This document shows, piece by piece, positions 25,486 through 39,085 of a DNA stretch of 64,000 bases. Every line of letters begins with the position of its first letter. Within the stretch, counting starts at the first letter, position 1. The notes under the pieces were generated by a model. The model was not told the origin of the DNA and did no database searches. It saw nothing but the letters and a program-made list of their open reading frames with translations. This DNA comes from Oikopleura dioica (Eukaryota; Animalia; Chordata). Where the stretch lies: positions 6,696,001 through 6,760,000 of the forward strand of contig OU015566.1 of the NCBI GenBank assembly GCA_907165135.1. Reading direction: 5' to 3'. The position numbers and the translations under genes are program-made.

Positions 25486-26020
25486 GGGAACTCTTCGGGA
25501 CGTCAAAAGTAATGCCCACTATCAGGAAAAAGAGGACCGCACGTTTGCCTAAGCATTTTTATAACATGCAGGATAACAGGAAGATCGATTGTAGGAATTC
25601 ATGGAGAGCGCGGATTAAAATTCTTTCGTGCGATTTCCAGAAAACGTGCGCGTAAGATTACAAATTGCGACTCGAAGTCACATAACTTAAGTGAGTGAAT
25701 GAAGTTAATGGAAGTACAGTTACTTACAGGGTGCACAGAATAAGAGAGCAAGGATGATGATCGAAAAGGATCGAGAGGCATTTGATTTAGATTCAGTATT
25801 TACTCGTCCCGGCCGGTTAAGTGTTGTCAAGTGACTTTTTGGGACATCTACACGAGGTCAATCGTTGATTTATTTAAAAGCAAACGAGACAACGACCGAT
25901 TGAAGATCCGGAATAAAGAACCCTAGGTCAAAACGAAAGGAAGCAACTTGAAGCTACTTAGTTCAACCCAAGTTTCAAGTTCCAGGAAAGCAAGATTTGA
26001 AGGAGCAAAGTGCTCTGAAT

Positions 26021-26210
26021 CTGGGCTCGGCAACCTGAGTAAAAGACCTGAGTCAGGCTAAAGCCAAATAGAAGAGCTAGAATGAAAAGCCGCGAAGCGG
26101 CTTTTTTAAATTCGAAGCCGCAAAGCGGCTTCGCAAATAAACAACAAATTTTCTTTAAATTCCACGCTTTGCGGCTTCGTTTTTAAAAAAGCCGCTACGC
26201 GGCTTTTCCT
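26021..26210. mobile_element. Hairpin MITE family, left-half copy
   Basis: CTGGGCTCGGCAACCTGAGT...CCTGAGTCAGG followed by AAGCCGC-(GAA/AAA/TAC)-GCGGCTT hairpins. Confidence 0.65.
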
Positions 26211-27684
26211 TTTCTTCCTTGGGAACCTATCTTACTTTAGCCTTACAATTGTTTTGTTGTTTTTGGTCTTACATAATTTGAGAAAAGAAAGGCTGGCTGG
26301 ATTGTGGAAAAGAATCATGAGCAGTGTGGTTAAGCCATTAAAAGGTTTAAGAATGGATAATTCTTGGCGTGGACTGAAACCCAAGTGCAAAGCAGGTGGG
26401 GATTTTTCTTCTACGCCGGATTAAAACTCAGATCAGCTGCGGACAATTTTTTGAAGGGTTATACAATTTCGCTGACTCAGCTTTTCTAGTTTTTGCACAT
26501 GGTGGCTGTCGATTTGAAGTTTTAAAGGTGACGTTAAAGCTGAAATTAATCTGATTCACAGTCAATACAGTAGCTCGTAGAAAAGTTAATATTTCAACAT
26601 TTACATACAGAAAAAGAATTAGCTGTGAAGAATCCGTCAATTTTTAATTTATTGACTTCAATGTCAGGAAGAAGATAATTTGAAAGAAATGGTGGCATTA
26701 AAATTCATCTCTCATCGTTGCAGGAACGCGTGCGCCAGGCCAGAAGTGGCAATATTTTTTATTGAGAAAGTAGAAAAAGATAATTTTTTATTCTCAACCT
26801 TGCTTTTTTCATTTGCTTCGGTTCATTTCTGAGATTTTGGATAGAGGGGATAGAGCAAGATGAAGATTTTTTTGTTTTTGTTGGCTTTTTCAGAAAAGGT
26901 TTGTTTTGCGAAAATTTCATATTTCTAACACTGGGCCGCGAAATTCATGGGAACATAATTTTCCGGACAGATAAGCAACCAAGCACGTTCTATTCTTCCT
27001 CTAATCAGTGGCTTCTTCACCAGTTGGGCTTGTGATAGCTGTGTATAGAGTCTATACTATAGACAAATATTTTCAGGTACAAGGCCGTGGATTTTGGAGC
27101 AAATGCAAAGGTGCCTTGGACGAAATGAAAAGTGAGCAGAGTTACGACGACCATTTGGCTCTGCAAAACTCTCCTGCTCATCTTATGCTAGGAAAGGTCA
27201 AAACCCTATTAATGTCCGGATTTCCACCTATGTGAAAGTCCTCGACCTATCATTTCCGAGTCCTCCGACTCTCTCACACTAAGCCCGCCGCGTGAATATC
27301 AAATCATAACCCTAACCCTAACCCTAACCTACAGTTCTTGGGGTTTTTGTTTCGAACGATAACGGTATTGAATTCTGCGCAAAAAGTTAGCTTTGAGTTG
27401 AAAAATCGAGATTTGATTTTTGATAAATTCGAGTCTCGCAATATTAAATTTCTCTCTATCCATCAAAGAAATCAAAAAGATTACAAATTCGAAGTCCGCA
27501 AAAAAGTGCAGAATATTGTCAATCACGTTCAACACAGGAAAAATTAGATAAAGATGGTTTTGACTTGATTAAGACAACTGCATCAAACAGATATCGAGGA
27601 TAACTGGAAGACGAGTAAAGTAAGTTCTCAATAATAACGAGTTCCTTTTTAGAAAAATATGATCTTGACCCTTATATGATACCC

Positions 27685-27815
27685 CTAACCCTTAATTTTA
27701 ACCCAGGGGGCTACGTTCCCTCGGACCCCCCCCCCTAAAGACTACCACAGAGGGCTTCGCCCCCCGGACCCCCCCAGTAGGTAATTCCAGCCCTCTAACC
27801 CTAGTCCCTAACCGA
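27685..27815. repeat. Dispersed G5/C5 double-hairpin repeat with telomere-like flanks, copy 2
   Basis: CCCTAACCC...CAGGGGGCTACG...GGGCTTCGCCCCCCGGACCCCCC...CTAACCCTAG, matching 12030-12145. Confidence 0.65.
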
Positions 27816-28840
27816 GCAGTGTTTTCTATTGACAATCTTCCTAGCAGTCGATAGAACTTCAAGAGAGAATATACCTCATTTTAGTGGCGGAACCCTTAGC
27901 GGAAAATTTCACGAGTACCGAATAAAGACACGAGCATACCCAGAACGATACGACTATTGAGTTGTTGGCTCTCAATTCTTCTTCCTCTTCTGCTTCTTAT
28001 TTTTATGTTTTCTCCCCTCAAATCTGTGCGAAAAAAATCTGCGTCCCCAAGAAATTAAAATTGTGTTAGCCGAAATTTGAAAAATGTGATTTGTATCTCC
28101 ACAGTTGCGCGCCATAAGCAGCAGCTACTTTTTCAGTTGTATAGTTAGGCATCTGACCAAATTGCATCAACTCGAGCAGAGCTTCTTTTTTCGACGTGAG
28201 ATATCAAGACGATGATTCTAGTGCCAATTTGGAAGGTAAAATTTAAAAAGGCAAAGAAGATTTCTTCACATTTTAGAAAAAAAAATTGAATTATTTTTTC
28301 AAAGACTTCCTCAAAAGAATGCTTATTTTAGTAGCGCGACTTTTTGTTTTCATTGAATTTTTCAAGGTCTTTGGAACCTTTTTTATGACTACCGTTGTTT
28401 TCCCTCACTTTGGATTTAGCCACTTTTTACCCAGTTTTTTGGCCGTAAATAAGACCTAATTATTTATTAAAAACTTGTCGTGGATAGTTCCCAAAGGCAC
28501 GAAAAAACTGTCAAAAGATAAAGTAACGTGAATAAATTTATTCGATACTGGGATAACTGACACGTGAGGATGAAAAACTAGACAGGTCAGTCTCTCCCTG
28601 ACAGGTCTTTCCAGCTGCTGAAAATTGGATCATGAGAATATTCAGTAATTTAGCAGGTTCCTCAGTACTAAGCGCCCAGGACTTGATTCTGGAGAATCCT
28701 TTTTTCAAATTTTATTTCAAATCGACCAGTTTAAAAAAGGAGAAAGTTACAAAACTCGCATATGATTATGTTGGAAATGAGCATTGTCCTCAAAAGCTGG
28801 AAATGATCGCTTTTTGTATTCGGCATATCCTGGATCCTCC

Positions 28841-28999
28841 TATAATATAATATAATATAATATAATATAATATAATATAATATAATATAATATAATATAA
28901 TATAATATAATATAATATAATATAATATAATATAATATAATATAATATAATATAATATAATATAATATAATATAATATAATATAATATAATATAATATA
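28841..28999 (+). repeat. (TATAA)n microsatellite, about 32 units
   Basis: Pure pentanucleotide tract ending at the TA that flanks the MITE at 29000. Confidence 0.97.
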
Positions 29000-29330
29000 C
29001 AGACAAAACGGACAATTCCGGAACGGGCAATTCCGGAGATTTGAGGGAAATTGGAAAAATTTTGCAAGCGCACAATTCCGAAAAGTTAAGACAAAAATTT
29101 CAACTAAGAGGCCTATTCTCTATATATGGCCACCTTTTTCAAATAAAAAGGAAAAAAGAAATCAGAGAAGGGTAAAAAAAGCCTTGTGCAGCACTAAAAA
29201 AGCCCATTTTCTAGTTGCCACCCTTAAAAAAGGCACTCCTGCCGCAAAAAAAATTTCAAGTCGAGTTCGGACAATTCCGGAGATTTGGCGCTTTTTCCCG
29301 AAAAACTTCCGGAATTGTCCGTTTTGTCTG
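29000..29330. mobile_element. 331-bp Tc1/mariner-type MITE
   Basis: 24-bp TIR CAGACAAAACGGACAATTCCGGAA, TA on both sides, and internal ACAATTCCGGA repeats. Confidence 0.85.
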
Positions 29331-31141
29331 TAATTTTACCTGCTGTCCTTGAAAGTTATTGACCATATAATTTTGCAAAAATGACCGTCGATTCAGGTCC
29401 GAGATAAAAGCAAAAGCTTGGGCCCCCGAAAAAGCGAGTAAAAAGCCAACTTTGTAGTTCATAACTTAGTAGTTTCTTTGTTGTACAAATGACAAATTGT
29501 GATTCCCTACCCAGCTCAGTTCGCTTTTTAAACAGGAATAACTGCATGTTTAATCTAGCATGTGGTTCTTAAAACAATACTTTTTCCTCGCCAGATTATT
29601 CATTTATTCATATGAACATGTTTTAATGGTCAAGCCAGATAAGGGTCAAACCCAGTCATGAATTTGTGGTCAAATACGCACGTGCAGAAACACTATTCAT
29701 TTTTCAAAGCAGCACAAGTACTAGTCATCGCCTCGTCTTTTCGAAGAGCTCTACTAGGGAAATTCTTTTCTGACTACTCAATAATTACTAATTATGGCCA
29801 GTTAATAGAGCACTCGAGTTTCACAGAGACAAATTTGAGGCTTCAATCGTTTGAATTGATAAAAAAGAGTTTCTTGGGAATAATCAGTAGACGCACGTAA
29901 AAGTGGTTTAATGAAATGACATGCATCTTTCAGCAGGTAAAGTCAGTTCGCCGCTTAGCCTGGCCGGAGTAGCGATTACGCACGGCAAAACGAGGCCCAA
30001 ATGATCCCAAATGTTTACCCCAGACGTGGCGGGGGGATGGCAATTTTTGCTCCGCGCTTGGGCTGTTACTAATACTGCGAAATTGAAAAACTCATTCATC
30101 GACTTGGAGGAAAATGAGATTGAAGAATCCAGCTCACTTTCGACGAGAAAGCCATTTCAGATATTGAATTTTCGATCATCTTGAACTTCCAAAAACAACT
30201 TCAGGAGGAAAAATTCAGTGCTACGCAATTGGAATCGTAAACCGGTAGAATACACGGATCAAAAATGTTATCAGCTTACCCCCATTCGACCGCAATGAGT
30301 ATGAGCGTCACAACACTTGTCAAATACTTCCAACAAAGTACTGTAATAAAAAATAACACCAAGAAGAAAATTCTTTAAAAGAACTTTCATCTGTTAGCGT
30401 TCATCATTCCAAGCTCGAAAATCGAAGAAGTATCTTAACCCCCTGCTGGCTCACTTAAGCATTTTACGAAGCCAGCAGATCGTGAGAAATTCTCTCGCTC
30501 TAAACTGGCGCTGCAGATGGGTATGAAAATATGGCAGCTCTCAATTTTGTTACGTATTTGATTAATTCACACGGCTGCTTAATTGACTGATACGGTTTCC
30601 TAGATACTGTCCAAAAAGAGACACTCTTACTAGTCTTAACTACAGATATAAAGACTGTCTTTGGATAACTCAACTGACGACTTGATTTTCAAGTTTTTGA
30701 TAAAGAATCCTTGAAAAGCAATTTAAATCTGCTTGATAGAACACTCGAAAGAGAAGAGATTGCAAATATTATATTTTCAAAGCAGGATAAAGACACGTCG
30801 TGTTAGAAGACGAGAGGGTTGACGAGGAGGGAATCAAAAGATATGTACTGTGGCGAGTTGAGATTTGCTTCTGATGAAATTAAGTTCAAAATGGAGATTT
30901 GAGTTTGGTTTTTAAAGTTCGCCTTCGGTAAAGCCTGCCTGAGTTTTTCCGGTTTTCTTAGTTTGATTTGATTTTTCATGGACTTTGCTGAATGATATTT
31001 TTTATTTTTTATTGATAAATAAATTCAGCTTTCGGCTCATTCAAAGTCAACTCCAGCGTCTGGCCTTATTGAATTTTTATCCTAAATACACTTTCCTGGA
31101 TAAAACCAGCTCTTTAAAAGCCAGATTCCACAGATAACTAA

Positions 31142-31915
31142 ATGCGAATCTTAGTTTTTGCAAGTTTCATTTTGAAACTTACGGCTTTATTCACACAAGG
31201 TAATTTTTTGGACTTTTGGAGAGATGCTGATCATTTCGCGTACCAAATTCGACGCTCGATAAAACACTGGCGGGTGAAACACTCTTTCCGAAGATCTTAT
31301 AGCTCTCTGAGGCGAGAGTTTATGAACTTCTACAATCCTGAAAAATGCGAAATGGCTCGTTTGGAACACAACTGGACCAAATCCGATTTTCCGCCGTTAC
31401 CAGATCCAGAAAATATGAATCGAAAATTTGACATCAAATTGAGTTCCCTTGTCAATACATTCCACTTGAATTCGATGATTCTTGATTGGCTTGCATCGTT
31501 TGCATGCCATCTCTTCACTGCTCCTACCATGACGAAGGAAGAAAGATCAATACGGGACAAGCGGCATAATCTTTATAACAGTTTTAACGAAAAAGGTTAT
31601 AATCGATTGGACGAGATGAAGTTTCATAGATTCAGAAAGCTCAACTATTACGAAGCGCAAGCATTGTGTTATCGTCATGACATGTGGCTTTTTCAACCTG
31701 AAGACTATAATCTGGAAACGTTCTTGAAAGCAGCAGCGAAGTCATGCAATATGAAAAGCTGTTGGATTGACAATTCGATTTTTGCTAACCAAAATGAATG
31801 CAATATCCTCATTGGCTCTAATGATGAAAATGGGCTCCCAAAAATAGTACCAAAGGACTGTAATGAAAAACATTACGTTCTTTGTGCAACTGGGCATTAC
31901 TTGAAAACAACTTGA
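31142..31915 (+). CDS. Intronless secreted protein with a divergent C-terminal C-type lectin-like domain
   Basis: 257-aa ORF with hydrophobic N-terminus; LNYYEAQALC...CWID...C...DCNEKHYVLC cysteine pattern. Confidence 0.75.
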   Translation: MRILVFASFILKLTALFTQGNFLDFWRDADHFAYQIRRSIKHWRVKHSFRRSYSSLRREFMNFYNPEKCEMARLEHNWTKSDFPPLPDPENMNRKFDIKLSSLVNTFHLNSMILDWLASFACHLFTAPTMTKEERSIRDKRHNLYNSFNEKGYNRLDEMKFHRFRKLNYYEAQALCYRHDMWLFQPEDYNLETFLKAAAKSCNMKSCWIDNSIFANQNECNILIGSNDENGLPKIVPKDCNEKHYVLCATGHYLKTT

Positions 31916-33788
31916 AAAAGAAACTTCTTTCGACTATTTCTTCATCGATATTACTCTTTCATAAATTCATATGCATCAATTATTCGACTTCAGTTCATTA
32001 TTTTCGAAACTCAAAATTTTTCTACAGTAGAAGCTCGAAAACAAAGCAGCATGGTTACGTTACGTATTCTTCCAGGTGTTGAATTTCAACTCAACCTGTT
32101 TTTTTTCGAAATTCGAAGACGAGATTCTTACACGACCTCGAATGGCAATTAGTCAAATCTCGATGGCAATTTTTTTTCATAAATTCGCAGTTTCACATTT
32201 TCGTTACAAGCCATAAAACTTTAAATTGCCCATTTCCAACATTCAAAAAAGCATTCTTCGACGAGCTTAGTCAAATTTTTTACTCGCCAAGTTGGGTGTC
32301 AAAAAAAAAGCAAGAATTGGCGCATTGGTGAACCGAGAAGACGTTAATTGGGTCGCAACTGAGCTGTCTGCAGATCGATAGTCTGAAATATTACGCGTCA
32401 AAAATTCTTGCATGAAGGAAAAGAATGATTCTTTGAAAGAAAAAAAAACGGTTTCGGGTCGTTGAATCAGAATTTGCTCATGGTATTCAAAATTCTCTTT
32501 TGAGCAGGTGCTTGATCATGCTCCCGTGAATGTTCGTGAGGTTAACGTTCCCGCAACATATGACGTATCCAAGAAGAGAAGCCGATTCGATCGAACTTGA
32601 CCTCATAATTACCGCCGAAAACCGACTCTTACGTGCATCAACAAACAAGCAACTTATACAGCCGGCGAAAATATGCGAAATTTCATTTCCAAGCTTCTCC
32701 GAAGATTTTTTAATCAATCGACTGGCGATGAGAACACGTGACTCAAAATTTCATTTTCCACTTTTTAGATCGATCAAAGTACCGAGGTACATTTCGAAGG
32801 TGCGATTAAATATTCAGCCAATATTTCAAAGTTATCTTGGGGAGGAATTCGAGCCCGCACGTTGTCAAAAAACGCTAGAATTTCCAAACGATTAGTTTTG
32901 CCAAGCTCATTTTCAAAAAAGAAAAGCAGGTGGATTTTCGAAGATCCTCGTAATCTACCTGGCATATCTCTGTAATGATCGCTCTTTCGCAATCCATTAC
33001 CGGGTGAAACTTTAGCCTAACTGACGTATAACTGTGTCGATTCTTGAACTTCAAGAAACTTTGACACCTTTTTCTAGGGATGATGCATCCAAAAATTGAT
33101 GAGAAGATAAGATACAGTAGTACCTTTCTTGCCTGAACTTCTCAGCGCTCGTGACATAAATGTATATGAAAATTATCTCGTCATTTTGCTTTTCTGTGAG
33201 GAGCAATACTATGCACTTATTTTTAGAAATAGCAACAAAATTAACGCAAATTTTGACGGTTCAAGTAAACTTCTTCTAACTTGTTTTTGCTTACGATTTT
33301 GAAGAGAGATCAACTTGCAAAAATTAGCCGAGTCATTCAGTTTTGTTAGAAAGTCACCCGTCTCTTCGAGTAACTCATCAAACGATTGTATCACTTTAAT
33401 GGGCTTATAGATTTTCATGAAATCGGAGGAGCAAGAACCGGACTTGGCTCTCTCGACCCATCGCTAGAATTCACGTTTAGATCGAATTAACTCCCGCTTC
33501 TTTGAAGCGTGCTTTATTTTCACATCCCAATTTGCTCGCCACAATTCGATTGCCAAAGCGTCTTTGAAGTGAACATCTTTCACCCGTGGCAAAGCGTTTT
33601 TATGACTTTTGTATATTTATTATTTAGAGAATAGCAGATAAAAAATTCTTCATCTTTAGTGATGATCACCAGGATTCGCCGGAGTCGGGCAAGAAAGATC
33701 GATTTTACAAGCCTTCGAAGAGGGTCAATTCCGAGTTTTTGAGTTTCAAATCGTAATATATAATGGCAGGTTATATATTACAAACTCG

Positions 33789-36700
33789 TTAGTACGAAGT
33801 TTCTATGCTCGTTGTCGACCCTTAACTTCACGGCTTGACCGTCGACAAGAACTTGCCCAGATGTGACCACGATCGTGTTGTTTTCCTGCAAAACGTCCGC
33901 GTACTCCATCGACCTGAAACAGTAAATCACCGAATCCCTCCTTCAGCTCTTACCAGAGATCAGCATCAGATTCGTCTCCCAAGCTGACAATGGTCGTCTC
34001 AGTATCTGTCGTAGCCCATTTTCGGATTCCAAAAAGAACTCGCGCGAAAATTTCGCGATTTGCTACTTCTGAGCTCAGAACATACGTCCTTAAATTCCCC
34101 CATCAACTTTAAAACACAAAGATTCTCTTACTTCGCCCGGACAAGATTGCTAAAGTCTGCTAATCGCTCAGGAGTCGTATCAGGAACATAAGTCAAATCC
34201 ACATAAATTGGTCGATCAAAGGCTCTAGCTCTCCCTCGCCCTCGTTTTGAATCGTTATTGTCTTTTTAGAATTGTTAATTTTTCGTTGAATGAAGAGTTT
34301 TCTTACTATTAGTATTTCCGATCGGTATTTCATTCAAAATCCGGTCAGGAACTGGCGGCGGCTGAGGCACTGCCGGCTCCTCTGAAACTGAGCTATTTGG
34401 CGAAATCGAATGGCCAGAAACTCGACGATGCTTTTCGTTCAATCCCTGAAGAAGGAAAAGTGATTAGTCAGTAATTTCAGAGGAAGAACTAACCGCAAAT
34501 ACATCGTCGACATCTTTCCACATCTCGAATCCTTCTTTCTGGGTCACATGATTTATATCTGCACCTGATGACGCCGCAAGGCCATCACCCGAGTCCCGAT
34601 TGTCAGATTTTTCCAGACCTTTAATTTAAAGTATCGAATTAAGCGCGCGTAATTCGATCTTTCGACTTACCATGCATTCCATCAGCCGGTGATCGGACCT
34701 CGTCACTCCAGCCCTCTGTCAAATTGGCTTTGCTGCCCAGAGATTCTGTGCGTGGCTTGTCTTTTCTGTCAGCAGAAGAAGTGGAGGCGCGATTTGAATC
34801 GAAAAAAGATGAGAAAGAGGTAGGAGTGGCTTCTGAGGACTTTCGAATGACGGTGGCGGCGCCTTCGGAGAAAAAGTCGTAGTCGTTTGATTCCACACTC
34901 ACTTTTGAACTGTTAAAATTGGGGGAAATTGTAAGCTAACCTGTAGAAGTCAGCAGAAGCGACCCTCGCTGTCGCTTTTGCTCGGCCTCTTTTGCAGCGA
35001 AATTCCATTCTGGCTCAGGCATCTTCTCCTCTATGTCTTCAGTTTCTTGATTTTCCAAAGTAGAGAAGCACTTTGAAAGCAGATTTGTGATCGCTTGAAC
35101 TTTCTCATCTGATTTCTGCTGATCCGAGTTGTTTGGTTGTTCAATATCGATGAGTTTTCCTTCTGGTGTCTTTGCCGGCTCGTTGAGCTCTGGAGATGTT
35201 TTGGAAAACTCGAAGTCGTCGGTTTCCAAGCTTTCATTGTCGACGCTTTCTTCTTCTTCGAGAATCGTTGTTGTGACATTTTCCGTCTTCTTTCCAATTC
35301 CTTCTTGCACAAGTCGCGCCATGAAGTCTTGGTCAGAGAGATTTCCAAAGTCAGCTTCTTGATCAGGCGAGTCGAAAACAGGTGGGTTGTCGTCTTTATC
35401 TAAGTTGAGATTCGCAAGATCTTCGTGAGATGATCCTGGGTTTTCCTCACCAAGGGCTCTGTGAATTGAAACTGGCTCCATAAACGCCGGTTCATTTTTC
35501 TTCTTGACTTCAACGAGCTCAGGTACGAACTCGTCTGTTATTTCTTTTATGTCTTCCACTGTGGCTGAGCTCTTCATGGCCTTGATTTCCGAAGGAATTG
35601 TAGCGACGACGACTGGTTCTTCTGAATCAGGAGTCATTTCGAGCTTTGGCGCTGTCATGATTATTGCTTGCTCATGTTCTGTTTCGCCCGCTCTTTCTGG
35701 CTCAGAATCGGGCTCGGTTATGTCGTGCGTTTTTGCTGCAGGCTCGTGGCTGTTGTCGGAGAAAATTATTTCTTGTGTCTTGGGAGTCTCTTCTGTCAAT
35801 GCAATTTGCTTCGGCTCGCTCACAATTACCTCTTTAGAAAATATATTAAATAATAAAACGACGTCTGATTGAACCTGATGGGTTGGACTTGAGTTCTTCA
35901 GCTTCACGGTCATTTTCCACTGTATTGACGTCTTTAAGTATTCATTAAAACTTTGTCCACGAGGATGAACTTACCATTTTTCTGGGGTGGAACTTGCATG
36001 TCAATTTTTGACGCTTTGAGAGGAATCGAGCTTGGCCGTTTTCTGGCCTTTGTTTCTGGGTCTTTTTTGGACTTCTTTGACGCGGTTGACGTAGCTGTCT
36101 TCTTAGGTGTCCGCTTCAGAGCTTTAGTACTGTAGTCTACTGGCGGAGATTTCTTCGAAGCTTAGTTTGGTTTACAGATATGCTTAGATAAAGGATTATT
36201 TGTCAAAAGAATCTTAAGACCAAAGACTGAGGCGGCTGTAGGAGCATCGATTGTTCTTCTTTTTGGGGGATCAGGTTTTTGCGGCTTGTTCAGTTTTTCG
36301 TTGTCTTTTGGGCTGATTTCGATCTGGACCACAACTGGTTTCGACTTTTTCGGACGAGTGAGCGAGCTTGACCGATTTGAAAAGCTCTTGGGCTGGCTAG
36401 TGTCTACTTTGCTTCTGATATTTCGATAAGAAGAGAGACTTCTTGATTTTTCTTCCTGGCGAGCTTTTGAAGCGTTCATAGAAGTTGAGAATGGACGAGC
36501 AAGACAGGTGATAAGCGAGCGATCTTTGATCCTCTCTCTCAATTTTTCGATTCCAGAGGCGAGTTGGGCCGTTTCAGTTGCTCCTGGAAACATGAGCCGA
36601 ACTTCTGGCTTATCCGGTTGTCTGAAATCAAGGATGAGTACCGAAGTGGTTACCGTAATTTTCGACTTACCGGAAAATGAGAAGAATGCTGGAAGATGCA

Positions 36701-37760
36701 TGGCTCAAGTCGATTTCTTCTCCTTTCGGCCACTTTTTTCGGAAATCATTCAACTGGTGCTCGTAAGGTCCGATTATGTACATTTCCAGCGATCCGTGGC
36801 CAAACTCGCTGAAGAGTGTCAACGGATCGTTGTTTTTGCCAGCGATGATTGGGTTTCTTGAGTAGCCGAGTTTCGAGATTCCGTGTTTTATGAAATGAAG
36901 ACTTTCTGCTTCTTCGGGGATTTTCTCCCCCTTGACTCCGTTTGGAGCGCCAGGGTAGTTGATGAAAATATTTCCGATGTCGGGAGAGCCGCGAATCAAA
37001 TTCGCGCTTGGGAATTCCTTGAGTAAGAGGTTAATAAAAGGGATGAAAGAAAACTTTTATGCAAAGTGGAGTTTTTGAATGAAAAGAACACGAAACGAAA
37101 GATGAGATGAAATGTAAGATTGAACTTCAATCAAGCTAAAAACCTCTTCCTTTTCCTCAAGTTTGCGTTGAATGAGAGATCTGATCCCGGGGATCGTGGT
37201 TTTTGAGACGTGGCTCAAGAGGATTGCATCCAACCGCGGAACGTGCGTCACATATTTCCAAAAGACGCTTTCAGCTGATTCTCCTCCATTCACCAGAAAT
37301 CTTTTATCGGCTCAAGAACTGCTGCTTATTTATAATTCAGAGTAATTTTACTCTTTTTGGACATTTTTGTTTCCTAATTTTCTTGAAAAGCGGGCAAAAA
37401 TGGACCAAAAAGAGGAAAAATATCTGCTTTAATTCCCTCAAAATACAGCTTTGACAGTTGCTTATTACTTGTTGAGCCATTTCCTGTATCCATTCGCAGA
37501 AAACAGGGCACAGTTTCCACCACAAAACGAGTAAATACAGGGTGGTTGTCTGAGAGACACCCATTGAGATCCTTCTTCTGCACTTGGCAGTAATTCTATT
37601 TTAACAGGTCTTCAAAATTCAAATTATCTCCCTCTTGGGAATCGAAGACAAAAATAAATTGAATCCAGGGTACGTTAATTAAAAGTGTGAAGACCTGCTC
37701 ATGGCGAAAATGCCTCTCTGCATATTGATAATATTCCCAATGCTCGATTTTGTCTCGATT
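33789..37760 (-). CDS. MAP1: MAP1-family microtubule-associated protein (MAP1S/futsch-like)
   Basis: PCIYSFCGGNCALFSANGY, FLVNGG..SVFWKYVTHVPRLDAILLSH, LEMYIIGP, VRLMFPG; acidic central exon; light-chain-like RPIYVDLTYVP, LVRAKTYVLS, KW; stop at 33789. The 5' end is uncertain. Confidence 0.88.
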
Positions 37761-38095
37761 CTCTTCGGTTTTTCTTTCGATATATCTTTTTTTTGAAAAA
37801 GTAGTGCTGTCCGCAAAAGAGGGAGGAAAAAGACAAAATCGCTGAAAATGAGTAAAAAGGAGCAGATCCGAGAAATCGATCAACCTTTGGCTCATTCATT
37901 AATAAACGGAGAAATCGATATCCGCGCCGCCTGCTTTGCTGATAAATACCCCGGTTACACACCTGGATCAAAAACGGACGCGAGTTTGTGGTGATATAAA
38001 TTTTATTTCAATAATTATTGGCAATAATCATCAAAAGGAAAAATCGTCAGTGTGAGTTTGTCCTAAGCGGCAGTTCGGTAAAGTCGCGAAAATTT

Positions 38096-39085
38096 TTAGT
38101 CAAAGAGCTTGAAGATCTTGTCGTCAGTGAATTCAGCTCGGCATGTTGGGCAGTTCTTCTGAGGAAGAGAAGAGAGGCAGTTGAGGCAGGCTTTGTGACC
38201 GCATGGAATAACAGCTGCTTGAGGGTGCTCTTCGTCGTAAGTTTCGAAGCAAACTTTGCATCTCAACTTTTCGTTTACTTCTTTCTCTTCGGGAACCAGC
38301 TTTACTTCATCAGTGGTATCTAAAACTTATGTAATTTAGCAGAAATCAAGACAGTTTTCACCTAAATCAGGATTATCGTCCTTCATCGTCTCTTTAGTCA
38401 GGAACAAGGATCGCTTTTGAACTTTTCTTCGAAAGACTTTAACGCACTCCAATTCTTGATCGGCATCGACGGCGTCATTTTCCGCCATCTCAAGTTGTTT
38501 TTTCAAATCTTCTACTTTCTTATGAGCACGCTCCCGTTTATTTTTTTGAGCTTTTTCTTCTTCGAGCAATTCCTCATAAATTTGATTAACAGCAGCAAGA
38601 ATATCGTATTTGACTAAGAAAATATTTATTAATCTACAAAAACTAGTTGCTCACATTTGGAGTCGATCCAGGAAGCGGCATCTTCACAACATGATCCAAT
38701 AAAGAAATCTCTCCAGGAAAGTTGATTCGCCCCACATTTTTTGTAACATCTGAATTTGGCGTTTGTCTCTTCGAACACAGCAATTTTCTTTCCTGGGGGA
38801 TGCTTCAAAAAGCAAATCTTACAATATCGCTCTCCATTGATTTCCGTCGTTGACCTTCGCAATCTTGAATTTTAAGTTTATCATAAGTATATGTATTTGT
38901 ACAAACTGTTGACATTCAGCACATTTTCCAAATGATCCATGAGATGTCACAAAACCATCGTCAAGACTAACATTATTGCATAATTTATGGCCCACTAACT
39001 GTTTGGCTTTATTTGCCATGTCTCTCTCAATGAAAAAATGTTCACTAAGTGAGTTTCGCTGAGAAACGTTAGATTTATATCTCAA
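38096..39085 (-). CDS. Coiled-coil plus C3HC4 RING finger protein
   Basis: Last exon CKVCFETYDEEHPQAAVIPCGHKACLNCLSSLPQKNCPTCRAEF...LFD*, joined by a GT-AG intron to the coiled-coil exon 38336-38569. Upstream Cys-rich exons are less certain. Confidence 0.8.

Noticed and set aside
23700-26210. GC hairpins followed by T-runs resembling bacterial intrinsic terminators
   Set aside because: The locus is eukaryotic and the hairpins are internal parts of a MITE family.
28731-29075. ORFs encoding YYIIL repeats
   Set aside because: Translation artefacts of the (TATAA)n microsatellite.
29940-30070. snRNA-like segment (CTTAGCCTGGC start and GGCAATTTTTG Sm-like site)
   Set aside because: The conserved U1 and U4 stem-loops cannot be built convincingly, and the region also reads as a decayed coding-like frame. 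An Infernal/Rfam scan would be needed.
35031-36861. Several alternative-frame and antisense ORFs
   Set aside because: Shadows of the long acidic MAP1 exons.
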